Origin: Rhodosorus marinus CCMP1338
Lineage: Eukaryota > Plantae > Rhodophyta
Assembly (NCBI GenBank): GCA_029953675.1
Contig: JAMWBK010000002.1
Coordinates: 3,348,001-3,412,000, forward strand
DNA length: 64,000 bases
Direction: 5' to 3'
Both the position numbers and the translations under genes were made by a program. The notes beneath the pieces were generated by a model. That model was not told the DNA's origin. It searched no databases and saw nothing but the letters and a program-made list of their open reading frames with translations. This document shows positions 1 through 12,767 of the stretch, piece after piece. How positions within the stretch are numbered: position 1 is the first letter of the stretch; the number at the start of each line of letters is the position of its first letter.

Positions 1-1
1 C

Positions 2-94
2 TCAATTGTCACAGAGATAAACTCTGCGTCTACCGTGAAAAGCTCCAGCGCATATGTGTTGTTCTATCGCCGTCGACAACGGGACACTATGTGA
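2..94 (+). CDS. C-terminal end of a ubiquitin-specific protease (USP/UBP family), truncated by window edge
   Basis: Frame 2 reads SIVTEINSASTVKSSSAYVLFYRRRQRDTM*. AYVLFYRR is the characteristic terminal motif of USP catalytic domains. Only 30 codons are visible. Confidence 0.6.
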   Translation, partial: SIVTEINSASTVKSSSAYVLFYRRRQRDTM

Positions 95-1381
95 GACCAC
101 AGCCAAGGAACGCGAAGGCCGTGTGAAATTCGAAGTCCTGATGCTAGACTTAGCGGGTCTTAGCGGCTCTTGGTTTATAGTTGACAGCAACGCAAGTGCT
201 TGGGTAGGAATCTTAACCACAAAACTGAACATGTATATAAGTTATACGCGACTCACTGAGGCAGCGGTCAAGAAGAGGGCAGAACCTACTGGCAGAGAAA
301 ACCAAGGCACCATCGCATCACCTGTTGACCCGAAGGGTGGAGGTGCACTGACTGTCAATGGTAAACGGTCCCACGCCTCTGGCAATTCTGAGGAAGAGCG
401 CTTTGACCGGTTTTGGCGTACATTGAGTTCGACGCTCGCTTTTCGAGAGGTGCAAGGACCTCACCGGCCAAGAGGATCTTAAACGGTAGATCCTGATGAA
501 TTTCTAGAGGGGGACACCAGATCGATCGACCAGAGTCTGACCATTTAAGGGCCCATCGAACACCAAGTCGGGAGTTCTGCTTTCCCCTGAATCAAAGCTT
601 GAAGGAGCCCCTCATTGCCAGGGTATCGGCAAGGGCAGCTAAGCAAACTCGTGTCAGAACTTTAGTCTGCCATTAAAACAATGAGCCTTGAGAGGTAGTA
701 CCGCCACTCCAACACGATTTCTGCAGAAAAGAGCTCTACTCGGACCGCGATATTTCTGCCCAAGCTCGACGAAGGAAGGAAAGGAACCTTGGAGCAGATC
801 CAGGGCAGATCCAAATCCAGGACTACTCTCCGATCACGGGTCCACCATAGAATCAAATTTTACAATTCTCGTTCGTAACGAAACGGATTCGGTCCAAGCC
901 ATAGAAACCAACGCCGGACCGCCCCCCCCCCCGACAAAGACCCTCAAGAACCCATGGCTTCTTAAAACCACCTTTAAAAGTCATCATCTAGAAGACACTA
1001 TTTCTTAGTATAATATTAAAATATTGAATATTTATTAGATATAAATTTGTTCAGTATCTGTGACACTTAAGACCTACTGTTAGGTTTCAACTGTTCAAAA
1101 AGCAGTTGTCCTTTGCGCACTTGTCAGTACCAGGGGGCTGTGAAGAGGTTGGCAGGAGAGAAGGGCGAGAGAGACCTGCTGAATGTGGGGAAGGATAGTA
1201 TGAAAGCGTTTACGATAGAAGCTACTTTTGAGATGTCTAGGGGAGGTATTGCAGAGGAAGGTTAGAGAGTTGTTCTCTCTATCTCTTCATTCTGTCTGGT
1301 GGTGGCGTGTGTTCGTTTTGCAGAACTGGGTTGGTGAGACTTTGGGAGAGTGGAGGTGGTAGTTTTTCTGGGTGAGTCCAT

Positions 1382-4300
1382 ATGGATTCGCTTTTCAATC
1401 AGAGTTTGCAGGGTCTCGTGAAAGGGATTCGATCGAACAGACGGGATGAAGAGAGCTTTCTTAGGGCCAAGTATGCGGAGTGCACAGAGGAGGCGCGAAA
1501 TCCAGATCCGCAGACGAAGGGGAATGCCCTTCTGAAGCTCACCTATGTACGGCCACCTAACACCATTCTTTGCATTTTAACTTGGGGACCATTGGTTTCT
1601 GGAAACAGCGACCTAAAGCAATGTTTTTTCATGGTTTGCTACAATGTAGTTGCAGCTGTTTGGTTTCAACTTTGGATCTTCTTCATTCGAAGTGACCGTG
1701 GTCATGAGCCGTCCGGACTTTCAGCTGAAGAGAATCGGATATTTTGCTGCAGCGCAGTCGTTCTCTCCGAGGACTGATGTTCTTCTTCTAACTACAAATC
1801 AGTTCAAAAAGGTGAGGAAAGCACGGCGCCCTATTATCGGAAAGTCTTAGTTCTTGACACGCGTGCGCGTCCTGAATACAACATCTGGAAAACTTCTTAC
1901 AGGACCTAGTTCGGGGGCGTAATGCCGACTGCTCGTTGGCGCTCTCATGCCTTGCAAAGATAAGTACAGAGGAGTTCGGCCGAGACATTGGAGAGGATGT
2001 AGTTGGCCTTTTGAACAGTTCCCGACCATACATTAGGAAAAAGGCCACCCTCGTTGCGTACAGATTGGCGATGGTGAGTCCTCATCTTTTGGACACGCTG
2101 ATTCCAAAACTACACGAGAAATTCGACGACAATGATCCATCAGTAGTATGTGCTGCAGTTACTGTCCTTTGTGAGCTCGCCGGAAGATACCCCCGCGAGG
2201 TCTTGCAGTTTAGTGCAGAGCTCTATGGGCTGTTGAGCACCTCTAGAAACAACTGGGTGAAGATCAAAGTGGTCAAGCTGATGGGAAGGTTGTGCCAAGT
2301 AGAGCCAAAGTTTGCCAAGAAGCTCGTTTCACCGATGTCCGAGTTGATACGGACCACGGAGGCAAAAGCGCTGCTCTATGAGTGCTGCAGCACGGTAACA
2401 ACTGGCATGCTAGAGTTTGATTCAATTGTCGCGGTTGTCGCGGAGAAGCTTGGCAGTTTCATTGACGAAAAGGATCAAAATCTGAAATATCTTGGACTTT
2501 CAGCCATGACGAAGCTTGCGCGAAAGCACCCGAAGGTTATAAGAGACCATCGCGATCTGATTTTGGACTGTTTCCATGATGAGGATGTATGTATAAGGCT
2601 CTGTGCACTCGACCTGATCACCAGTATGATCACGAAGAAAAACCTCAGGGAAGTTTGCAAGATGCTGTTGAAGAGTCTTGCAAGCGGTATCGAGGTACGA
2701 CTACGCATTTTAGGCGTTGTTTAGAGGATTGAGGGAGCTGCTTGTGACTCACGCCCGCTTTCTGTTTCATTTCTGGGTTCTCGCCGAAAGGCGTCAAGAG
2801 ATACAAACTCAGGTCTTGCAGCGACTGAGGACGATTTCCTGATTGCCGTTGCGAATCGGTTAATGGAAACTGGGAATCCATCCTTGGCGAGCGAAGGGAG
2901 TCCGGCCGGATTCAAGTACTTAATCACCGAGGACGATTTCTCGTGGTACATATGCTCTGTCTTGTTTGAGCTTGCGCAGCTGTCTGTAAGAGCAGTTTCA
3001 ATAGATCCCTCTCGTCGACTTCCGTACTCCATCGCCGGAAGAATTGCGAATCAGTTCGTAGAAATCCCAGCTCGAGTTGATGCTATACGGAAGGAAGCTG
3101 TGGAGAGGGCCTTGCGTATTCTCGATATTGTCAGGGACCACGATGTCACAGGCTTGAATGAGCTAGTATCTTCTGCAGCTTTCGTTGTAGGGGAGAACCC
3201 GGATATGCTTGAACTCATGGGACTTGACGAGGCCAATGTCATCACCGCGCTTCTAAACGCTGATGTAGGGAACAAATCAGGACCGCAAGCCCAGCTTCGA
3301 ATCGTCTATGCTTGCTTGAAACTTTTCGCCAGGTCGAGCCCTGTGAAGCGAGAATCGCTGAGCCTTTTAGTGGGAGAAGGCTTCTCCCCTTACCTGAATA
3401 ACCCGGATCCGGAAGTGCAGGAAAGAGCAACGGAAGTTCAGCACCTACTTAAGAGCCGACTCACTCTCTCCTCCTTGTTCAAAGGTGGGTCCTATCCAAT
3501 TCATCACCATTGCTTTCCAGCAGATTGGTCAACAGCTTCTCATGTTGTACCCCCCAACCTCAATCTTTGGATTTGATCTTGAACAGATCGCTTGAGGCCG
3601 CGAAATGGATCTGTCCAGGCACTGGTAACAGTTCCAGTTGGTCTGGATATCGACGAGCCCCTTGCAGACATCTCAGATATTGAAGAACCCACTTCTGCGG
3701 GTCTGTTTGGTGGGGGAGCCGACGGATCCGGTGGATCCCTGAAATCCAAATCTGTGGACTTGTTGGGTATGAGCCGTGGAGAAGGCGGAGAAGATTCTTC
3801 TCTATACGGAAACAGTTTAAGCGAACCTGGAGGACGAGTTGAACGGGATGAGGAAAGGCAAAATAAGGACATCTTCTACCTTGCAACGACAAAATCCCAG
3901 CCCCAAGATGTGAGCTCCCAAAACAGCTGGGCCGCACACCTCATAACCGCGAGTGGCTTAGTTATGGTTTCATGCTCTATGCCTTTGCACAGGTGATTGA
4001 GGGTATTCTACTTAACCTAGATGGTGGACAAGAGGCCGACAGTCCAAGCAAAATTGCCGAAGTTTTTTTCTCAGCTGACGAGCTGAAACCCTCGACGTTC
4101 CATAAGGAAGACTACTCCGTCTTGAAGACCCCAACGGGATCATCACTCCGAGAATCGGCACTTCGAAAAGGCGACGAGCAGCTTCCATCGTTTGACCTGC
4201 TCGACGAACCTCATATAACAGCTAAGAAGAAGACGAAGAAGAAGAAGAAGAAGAAGAAGAAGAAGAAGAAGGATGCTGAAGATTCTAAAAATCAGGATTC

Positions 4301-4424
4301 CAAGACTGAAGAGGCCGCAGATGGCGGTTCGCGGGGAGACCTCCTGATTGACTTCAACGACGGGACGACTTCCACAAAACCCCAACCTACCAGCCCTGAC
4401 CAGATTCTTGACCTCCTTTCCTGA
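1382..4424 (+). CDS. AP3D1: AP-3 adaptor complex subunit delta, 6 exons, ~855 aa
   Basis: Exons 1382-1546, 1650-1811, 1903-2694, 2791-3484, 3587-3909 and 3993-4424 join in frame at GT-AG sites. Motifs: MDSLFNQSLQGLVKGIR, LLKLTYLQLFG, KRIGYFAAAQSF, PYIRKKA, DQNLKYLGL, DPEVQERA, VPVGLD and a Lys-rich hinge. Confidence 0.93.
4224..4271 (+). repeat. (AAG)n microsatellite encoding the poly-Lys tract of the AP-3 delta hinge
   Basis: AAG x3, ACG, AAG x12, translating to KKKTKKKKKKKKKKKK. Confidence 0.95.
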
Positions 4425-4743
4425 TATTAACAACCAGTGTGCTTAGCCTAGGGAATCCGTTCTTTTGCTAACTGTGAAAACGACGTACTAACGTAAAAAG
4501 CGAAAACTTTTCAACTAGACACAGTGGGATGGAAGATTTAGCTCCCCCTTGAGTTCGTTATCCTATTCATAACGCGGACGTCATCAACTTCTGCCGTAGG
4601 AGAAGGCGAGAATCGACCTCCTCCGATTATTTGGGGGTCTGATCCTGGGTCCATGAAGCGACGGTGCGACCCTCCAAATACGTGCTATTGGTCTATCGGG
4701 TATGGTCGTAGTGTGTGGTTCTTTACAATTGTTTCTTGATCGA

Positions 4744-6521
4744 TTAGAAAGGCGATTGGAGGTCAAAACTAGTTGCTTCTCCTGCTTTGCTGTTAAAGTT
4801 GGCCTCCTGGTGCGCATACATTCTTCCGCGCTCTGCTTTCAGTGATCTGTCGCGGCGAGCCTTTTGCGGGACGGTAATCATCCGTTCCGGTCGGTCTCCA
4901 ATCAGGTTTGTTATAGTGAAGTCCTCGGGGCGCACGTTGGGGTTGAGATAGTGAACTGTGAAGTTCACCGGCGCCCGCAGTCCCGGAATGTACGAGCCTT
5001 CCAGACGAGCGATCTGTACCCTCTCCGTCGACACTTCCTTTAAGGACATCACGAACCTATGCTTGGATCCAGCATAGCGCCATTTTGATGCTTTGCATCT
5101 CATCTCCTCCGCCCTTCGCACGAATGTTTTCTCAACTTCCCTAACATTACTGTCAATAACCTTTTCGAGTTGGTTCGTCACCTAGTGCAAGATAAAAGCA
5201 AGCGATTGTCACATGAGCCAACGGAGTGCTAAGTTTTCAAGAGATGAGCATATCTTACATGAAGACGATTAAGGTTCGAACAGAAGGTCTCAAACAACAC
5301 TTCCATGATTAGCTCTAGCTGCTTTGCGTAGATTAATCCTAGTTCGTTGAGCATCGTCTCCTTCAGCTCCATATTCTTCCGATCGTACGCCTTCGTTCCT
5401 CGGAAGTCGCTGGCAAGGTGGCTGTATTCTTCGAGGGTATTTTCCACAAGCGCATCGGATTCCCTGCCAAAGTTGCTGTAATCGAAAAGGTGGGGTGTGT
5501 CAACATTAAGCTTAGAATCTACTGAATTGATTCACGCAAACCATGCTTACGCGATAACTCTCTCCTCGCGCTGTGCTCGATCCGACCAAGCCTTTGCCTT
5601 GAGGTTATACTGTTTATAAGCCTCCTTGTAGCTTTGGTCGCATTTGAAGTTCGCTGACACCTCTTCATCTGGCAGTGGTCTGGATTTCGCGTTCTCGGAA
5701 AGCACCCTCCAAAGTCTCGAAGCTTCCTCCGGGAATTTGGAAGCCTCCAATGCGTTCTGGAAGTCAGAGTTTTCAAAGAGGTATTCTTCCTCCATCGGGT
5801 TGACCAGCCTCGCGCGGAGAGCTGACGCTTCCGAGTCAAATTTCTCCCGGAAAAGGTTCTTATTCGAGAGAGTGACAAACTCAAACTCGAATAAATCAGT
5901 GAGGCGTGTCGCAACGTAGCCAGTGGGTCTAGATATAGTGTTCAGCGCGCTCCTGAAATCTGTCATCACCGCTGCGATTGCGTTCTGTCGTGAAATTTCT
6001 TCCTCATCGAAGTCCCGAATAACAGTCACCAGCAGCTGCTTCTTGGGCGAAATGACGCGCTCTGAACGAAGTTGGAGATTTTCCTCGACGGCTTGGAACA
6101 AATAAGAAATTCCTGAGGATTCCAATCGCCCGATGTCCCGCATATTGAATGAAACAAGCACGACATCGGCAATTGTGATCGCGAAACTTGCGGCGAGCTT
6201 TTGTGGCATTTTTCTTCCCAGATCTTTTGAATCCGCTCCTTCAACATCCAGAACCAACAATCCCCTCGGCGGAGAAGACAGAATCATCAAGTCCTTTCCT
6301 GTAACCCCTACTCCATTGATCCCGAGGGTGGTCTGAGAGCGCGAGACGCTCCCGACGGGAAAATCGCTCAAAATCAGATCGTTAAGCACCGAAGACTTTC
6401 CACTGGAACAAGGTCCAAGCGCAGAGATCACACTGAACTTCTTCGGAAGTCCTTTCATCAATCCCTTCAACCGACCCTCATTGAGCCTACCGCTCTTACT
6501 CACAACCTCGGACCAACCCAT
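4744..6521 (-). CDS. Sey1/RHD3 (atlastin-like) GTPase homolog, 3 exons, ~541 aa, no transmembrane segment seen
   Basis: Exons 6521-5551, 5475-5259 and 5181-4744 join in frame (GTAAGC/GTAAGA donors). G1 GPCSSGKS, G2 RSQTTLG, G3 DVEG and G4 VIRDF are followed by a helical stalk, as in RHD3/Sey1. Confidence 0.82.
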
Positions 6522-7591
6522 CTCTCAACCCCACCCTCCACAACCCCAAGATCACCCACCCAACAAACCAACCACCAAACTCAATCTCCTCCCTCACAAA
6601 AGCTCAATCACTCAACAGTTAACCTTCCCAACTGCTCCAAATAAATTCCTACTGATCTCTCCACACAAATCCATCCTAATATACTCAAATCCCATTTACA
6701 TAATCCCCTCTTTACCTCCCCATCGAGAATACAAAAGCAATCTCCCTATCCACGTCCCCCCCTTCCTACCCACCCCGGTTCTTCTCCCGTGCCGTTACCC
6801 ACCCACCCCCCCCTTTCCCTCCGCCTTAATCCGTCAAAAAAATCAAATTTACTCTTTTCTTCATTGCCGCATTACCTCGACGTCACCCGTCATGAAAACA
6901 AGCGCCCTTTTAAATCCCCATTTGTTACTTAAAACTACAACACTCCAATATTTATCATATATTTGATACATGTGACTAATTTTCGATGAAATATATCGTT
7001 TATATTGTCCTTAAATCGTTTATCATGTATGACTTAGCCTGCTCTTGAAATGGTCGTCGTCAAAGAAGTGGACGCAGTTTGTTGATTGTTTTTAAAAAAC
7101 AGAAAGACAGCTGTCCAATCCGAACCCAAAAAAAAATATTGTTCGCAAGAGATTGACGTGATGAGGTCCGGAGAGGGGTTTTGGGCAGGTGGATGGACTA
7201 ATTTCAAATGATACTGTAAAGTCAAAGTTTTTGATGGATTTTCTTGTTTTATGAGTAACGTTACGAAAGGATCCGTTAGGTTCTTACTCTGCGCCAGCTG
7301 AAGATTGAAGTTCTGATTGTGGTGTGATTTGATGATTGGAGCTGACACAACAAGAGGGAAGAGTAGCATGGTGCTGCTTTTAAATGCATGTCATCCTTGT
7401 TCCTGACTGGGGGAGAAAAACCATCTTCTCCAAGATTATTGGTTGCGGGGCAAGGTTGCGAAATGTTTGACTGCCAGATTCGGTTATCGCGTTGGAGAAC
7501 TGCGATGTTTGACGTGTGTATCTTGCTTGAAATGGTTGAGCACCGTAGTTTACCGTTTCGCTTTTGAGTCTTTGCACCCGGGTTGTTCGCC

Positions 7592-8323
7592 CTACTTCTC
7601 TTGGGAGGGGCTCTTGGCTTGATTATAGGCTTGTGTTTCAAGTTCGCCTTCCTGAGCATTCATCGATGCTGGAGTATCAACATGCTCCGAACCGGTATGC
7701 CCTCCATCGAGCGCCTGGCGAGCCGAAATGAGCAAGTCGTTCATAAAGGCAATTTGGCCACCTAGGCGAGCACTCTCCGTTTCGTGAACCTGATCGAGGC
7801 GCCGTACTTCCTCCATGAGCTCATTTTCCGCCTCACTGTAGTAATGTGCGGGGGGGGGTTTTGGGGAAGCGAGTGCATGTTAAAATATGGCTGCCAGAGG
7901 TCACTGGATAATCAATACCCAGATGAGCCCGGGTACGAGCGCCGGAAGAACCTACCTCAAAAGAGCCTTTGCAGGAGTTATAATATGCTCAATCACGCAA
8001 GTGTTATAAACTTGCATGACGATGTTCATAACAACCAGCACACAGAAAATGCTCCCACTATATCAGCGGAGCTAGATACCCCTAGATAGGAGGGCCGTTA
8101 ATTCGGTGGTCCGGAAGATACCTGTCAAGACCTCATCGATGCTTAGAAGACCTTGACGCTCCATCGCTTCCTCACTGTGGTGACAAGGCAAGCGATGCGA
8201 AGTTGGACCTTGCTCGCTCGAGGGTAGTTTCGAAAGCCACTTCGTACTGTTTCCGTTCCCTTCTAACTCTAGCAGTGCACCGCCGCTATCCACGTCCTCC
8301 GGATAAGCTAGGCTATTCCTCAT
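7592..8323 (-). CDS. Possible hypothetical protein; exon structure unresolved
   Basis: ORF 8323-8072 and a coiled-coil-like ORF (EAENELMEEVRRLDQVHETESARL...) starting after a CAG acceptor near 7835. No recognisable motif. Confidence 0.3.
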
Positions 8324-9049
8324 CTTCTACTTTGTCCTAAGACTATGAGCAAGAGCTACGCAAACTGGAAACAGTCCTAACCCTCCTGCCCTGTGCTTCA
8401 CCATGCTGCTGGCACCCCCGAGACCTGGCCGATCTAAGCCAGGACATGGCCAAGCCTTACCAAACAGGCCGAAAAGGAACATTCGCCAACTAATCGCACA
8501 TGTCGCGGACCCAAGTTTTTTTCAAAGTTTAATCCTTTTGAAAAGCAGATTTGGAGCACGCAATAGCTGTCTCGCCGGTGGGCATCGAAAGTCTGGAGTT
8601 ACGGTTGGACAAGGAGTTGAGTTTTGGTTTGCTAGCCGCTCAACTTTTGTTTTTTCTGGGATAAAAAGGTTTTCTGCATCCTTACGACGCGCAATGGTTT
8701 CAATCCGCGGGTTCCGAAGTCATAGTCGGGGCTGTAGTCGTGGTCTGCGACTGATGAATCATCAGTATGCGACGGCGGTCTATGGAAACTACGTATAGTG
8801 GCGCGTGTTTCTGACCCTTTGGACCGCGCTGAGTGTGCGATGGGCCGGAAATGCCACAGTATTTTCCAAGCTGTTTCAGAAGAATCTTCATTGTTCACTC
8901 GGCCACAGCATGGGGTATCACCTGAAAACGACCTATGGATCGTTTGACGTGGTAGTTTAATACAATCTTGGCGACGGAATTACTAATGCCAGCGAGCTTC
9001 TAATCGCTTCAACGAACACGCGAGTATCATGCAGATGGGACGAAGAAGT

Positions 9050-10135
9050 CTAGTAGGTTTCAACCTCCCACCTCTTTTCCTTCTTCATCTGCCTGCGGTA
9101 CTCCTTCCAGTCAAGCCCGTCCGCCTCAAAGAGACTGGCCATACAATCATCGATTCCGGGCTCCATTCCCTTGAGGCCGCACATGTACACGTACGTGTTC
9201 GGCTTCTTAAAGAGCTCATAGATCTGCTCAGCATATTCACTCATGCGGTTCTGAATGTACATCTTGTTTCCGTCCTTATCCGTCTGCTCGCGGGAGATAC
9301 ACCAGTCGACCTTGAAGTTGTCGGGTCTCTTGTGCGCGAACTCCTCAAACTCCTCCTGGTAAAGAAGGGAGGACGAAGTCGGCACTCCAAGGAACAACCA
9401 CATGAGACCGTTGAACTTGTAGTCGGGGTTGTCCTCGGCGAAAGCCCTGCGAATGAACCCACGGAAGGGGGCGATTCCAGTGCCAGTTCCCAGCATGATA
9501 ATTGTGGCATCCGGATCTGCAGGCATCAGCATGGCAGTTCCCACGGGTCCGGAGATCTTGACCTTGTCTCCAGGTGCCAGATCGCAGATGTGGTTGGAGC
9601 AGACGCCCTTGACCTCATTGCCGTCCTCATCATTGTAGACCAGCCTCTTCACGCAGAGAGACACAGTCTTGGAATCCCCGAAATCTCCGAGCGCGGTTGA
9701 GGCGATGGAATACAAGCGGACCCTCTGTGGCTTGCCCTTGGCGTCGACACCTGGAGGGATCACTCCGATGGATTGTCCCTCTAAGTACGGGACGTTGCCT
9801 GTGTTACGATGACAAAAAATTCGGGTGCCTCAGTGCGAGTTTCAAGTCGCAAACGATTCCCATCCAGATGACTTACCATCGTGCTGGAAAACGAGGTGGC
9901 GAGTGTCTCCTGGTGCATCTTCACCGACGATCTTGTTGTTGTACAACACGGTGGCCTCATAGGGCGCATTGGGCCGGAACAGATTCAGCGGAATCTGAGA
10001 CTTATCAAGGCCATGTGCCATCATCACTGGAGCGACGCGAGACTTGAGGACACCAACATTCGAGGACCTCGTCCTCACATTTTGACCGGTAAAGCTGGTC
10101 TTGGACCCAAGAGCAAAACCTCCAACGAACGCCAT
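9050..10135 (-). CDS. petH: Ferredoxin-NADP+ reductase, plastid-targeted, 2 exons, 335 aa
   Basis: Exons 10135-9877 and 9798-9050. Transit peptide [10 protein letters not shown]... Motifs [49 protein letters not shown] and terminal WEVETY*. Confidence 0.98.
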
Positions 10136-10553
10136 TCTTCAACAGTACCCTCTTCAAAATCAAACAACTCCCAACTCCAGTCGCAAAGATTGCCTACCCA
10201 CATACCGCCCTAGCCCAGCCTTCCATGTTCCATGGAAACCCTCCTTTAAACTTCGAAATCAGCTTACGTTGATTAATCAGAAAAGCAGGAGGATCAGACG
10301 ATGTAATTCTTCGCTGTAAAACGTCCCCCTAGCAATCCAACAGTACAAAAGCCTTCAAATATCACTTGGAAAAAGAGAAACGCGTTAGGTCTTTTCATCA
10401 AGAGGGGGGGGGGGCCGAGAGAAACTTCTAGTAAACATGCGGATCATGGCGATTGCACTCGAAACCCCGAGTCTCCCGAGACAGAAACTTTTGCCCCCGT
10501 GTGGACACCCAAAAAAATAGAAAGGCGTCCGACGCCACAAGATCAATAAATCA

Positions 10554-10686
10554 GACACGTGTCGTCTATCCATTAGAAAATCAACAATATCTCCATGACG
10601 GAGAAAACGGGCCAGTCTTCACTTTGCATGGACATACGCCAAGTGTCCTCTTCTTCGACAATAAACAAATCAAACTTTGGCACGTG
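10554..10686. promoter_or_regulatory. Two G-box (CACGTG) elements in the petH/rpiA divergent intergenic region
   Basis: 10-bp palindrome GACACGTGTC at 10554-10563 and CACGTG at 10681-10686. Function is inferred only. Confidence 0.35.
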
Positions 10687-11193
10687 TGATATTTACCGGT
10701 TTCCTCTATTCTGTTGGCCTCTCATTTCTGGTCACCAATGACAACCCTCGATCTTTTTCTGGCGTATCTTTCAGTCACACCGGTCGAGTCGTCTTCGAAA
10801 AACTATAGAATTACAAGCGTAAATGACTGAAGAGATGGTCGATCTCGGTATCGTTGGTTGATGGGTATATATAGATTGATATACAGTCATTTTACTTGGC
10901 TGGGTTTGGTTTGGGTGGTGCGAGATCGGTTGGATTGGTAAGGATGATTCGAGCTTGGCTTTCTTAGATCCTTCATATCGAAAACCCCTGTAATAAAGTT
11001 AGTCTGGAAGAGCAGTTGGGTGGTGAAGGTGTTGGTGGATGCCTTTCTTTTGCTTTGCCCTTTTAGCAAGAAAAGATTGCTGAGGAAGTAGGCGGAGGGC
11101 GCGATTTGCGTGGAGGCTTTTTCTCAGTGGTTGGATTTTGTTTTTATCTAAGTCGGGCCTTTTTTCGCAACCGTGTTTCGGCTGCTGTTTAGA

Positions 11194-12143
11194 ATGAACT
11201 TCCAGACTGGATTTGTGGCAAACTTTGGCTCTAGAATTGGATCGTTCCAGAGGAGTTCCAACTTGGGCACTTCGAGGAGGGTAACTAGGTCTGCGGGTCG
11301 AGTGAGGATGGCGGCTTCGGTTGATGAACTGAAGAAGGTCGTGGGGTACAAGTCTGTTGATGACTATGTTACCAGCGGTATGGTGGTCGGATTGGGAACT
11401 GGTTCCACTGCTTACTTTGCTGTTGAGAGGCTCGGAGAGAAGCTGAAGTCTGGCGAACTCAAGGACATTGTTGCGATCCCCACGTCCATTAGAACAAAGG
11501 AGCAAGCTGAAGGTCTTGGCATCCCTCTGGTCACCTTGGACACTCACCCCGTCCTTGATGTAGCAATTGACGGGGCTGATGAGTACGACGACGATCTCAA
11601 CTTGGTGAAGGGCCGCGGAGGAGCCCTTCTTCGTGAGAAAATGGTCGAAGTTCAGGTGAGCGATCAGAAAGTGGATCTCGGTGCAACAGCTTTTTCTGCC
11701 TCGAAACTTCTTTTCCTGGACAGCGCAGTTGCCCGTTTGGAAAGGACTCACGCTTGTGGACTTCTCCGTTTTGGATTCAACAGGCTAAGAAGTTCATCGT
11801 TATCGTAGATGATTCCAAGAAGGTCCCAGGACTTGGGGTTAGCGGAGCCATGCCGGTCGAAGTCACTCCATTCTGCTGGGAGTACACTTTGAACAAGCTC
11901 AAGGGAGCAGCCTCTGTCGCTGGATGCGATGCGAAGCTGAGAATGGAGGGTGACGAACCCTACGTTACTGACAATGACAACTACATTGTCGATCTGTACT
12001 TTGAGGAACCGATCAAGGACGCGAATGCGGCTGCAAAAGAAATTCTTGAGATGGTTGGAGTAGTTGAGCACGGCCTCTTTCTTGATATGACCACGGCAGT
12101 TATCGTCGCTGGCAAGGAGGGCGTCGAGGTCATTGAGAAGTAA
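11194..12143 (+). CDS. rpiA: Ribose-5-phosphate isomerase A, plastid-targeted, 2 exons, 273 aa
   Basis: Exons 11194-11655 and 11784-12143. Motifs VGLGTGSTA, DVAIDGADE, KGRGGALLREK, MPVEV, YVTDNDNYIVD and GVVEHGLF. Ser/Arg-rich transit peptide. Confidence 0.97.
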
Positions 12144-12767
12144 CTTCGAAGAGAACAGAACGACTGCGAAATGCGGCATACAACGTGTGCATGGGGAGCT
12201 GTCAAGTATGTTCAACTCGGTCTTACTCTTCTCCGGCCCTAACGTTCTATCCTGCAAGAGTATTAACATAACGTGCGCGATTGGATCTCTATTCACGCAG
12301 CTGGATCTACTCGCACTGCAGTCTTTTCTACCTTTCAAGCAATCGTGTCATTTAATAAATGGAGCTTTCTGCAGAGGAAAGGCTCTTTGCAAACAGCGCA
12401 CACCTGGATTTTGAGAGAATTAATTGCAAGAATAAATCCGATGATTCACGAGAGGACAAGGCCACAGCATCCCCGGGCAACTCCACTAGCTCAAGGAGTC
12501 ACCCTACAAACGCCGCGACTAAGCCGATGCCAATGAGGTCGGGGACCGGTCCTGGGAAAATCGTCTTTGGATGCCTGTCCTTCAGGGAGCTGGGTCAAAC
12601 AGGGACCAAAAGAGCTTTGGAAAAGCCCATTAGGCAGCCAGAGTAAATATCAACAGTGTCTCAATCCGGATGAGTTCCATCCACGCCAACCGGGTTAAGG
12701 TATTCAGGTTCGTTGAGAGTTCAGGCGCGGCGACCCCTCAAGACTGTTTTCGTGATCACGATGAGAA

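Noticed and set aside
230-960. Possible minus-strand gene between the USP end and AP-3 delta
   Set aside because: Several short frames, but no consistent spliced model or motif.
4143-4433. Antisense poly-Leu ORF resembling a transmembrane protein
   Set aside because: It is the reverse complement of the (AAG)n poly-Lys tract.
6481-6966. 161-aa Pro/His/Thr-rich ORF on +
   Set aside because: An artefact of the C/A-rich promoter skew upstream of the Sey1-like gene; it overlaps that gene's start in antisense.
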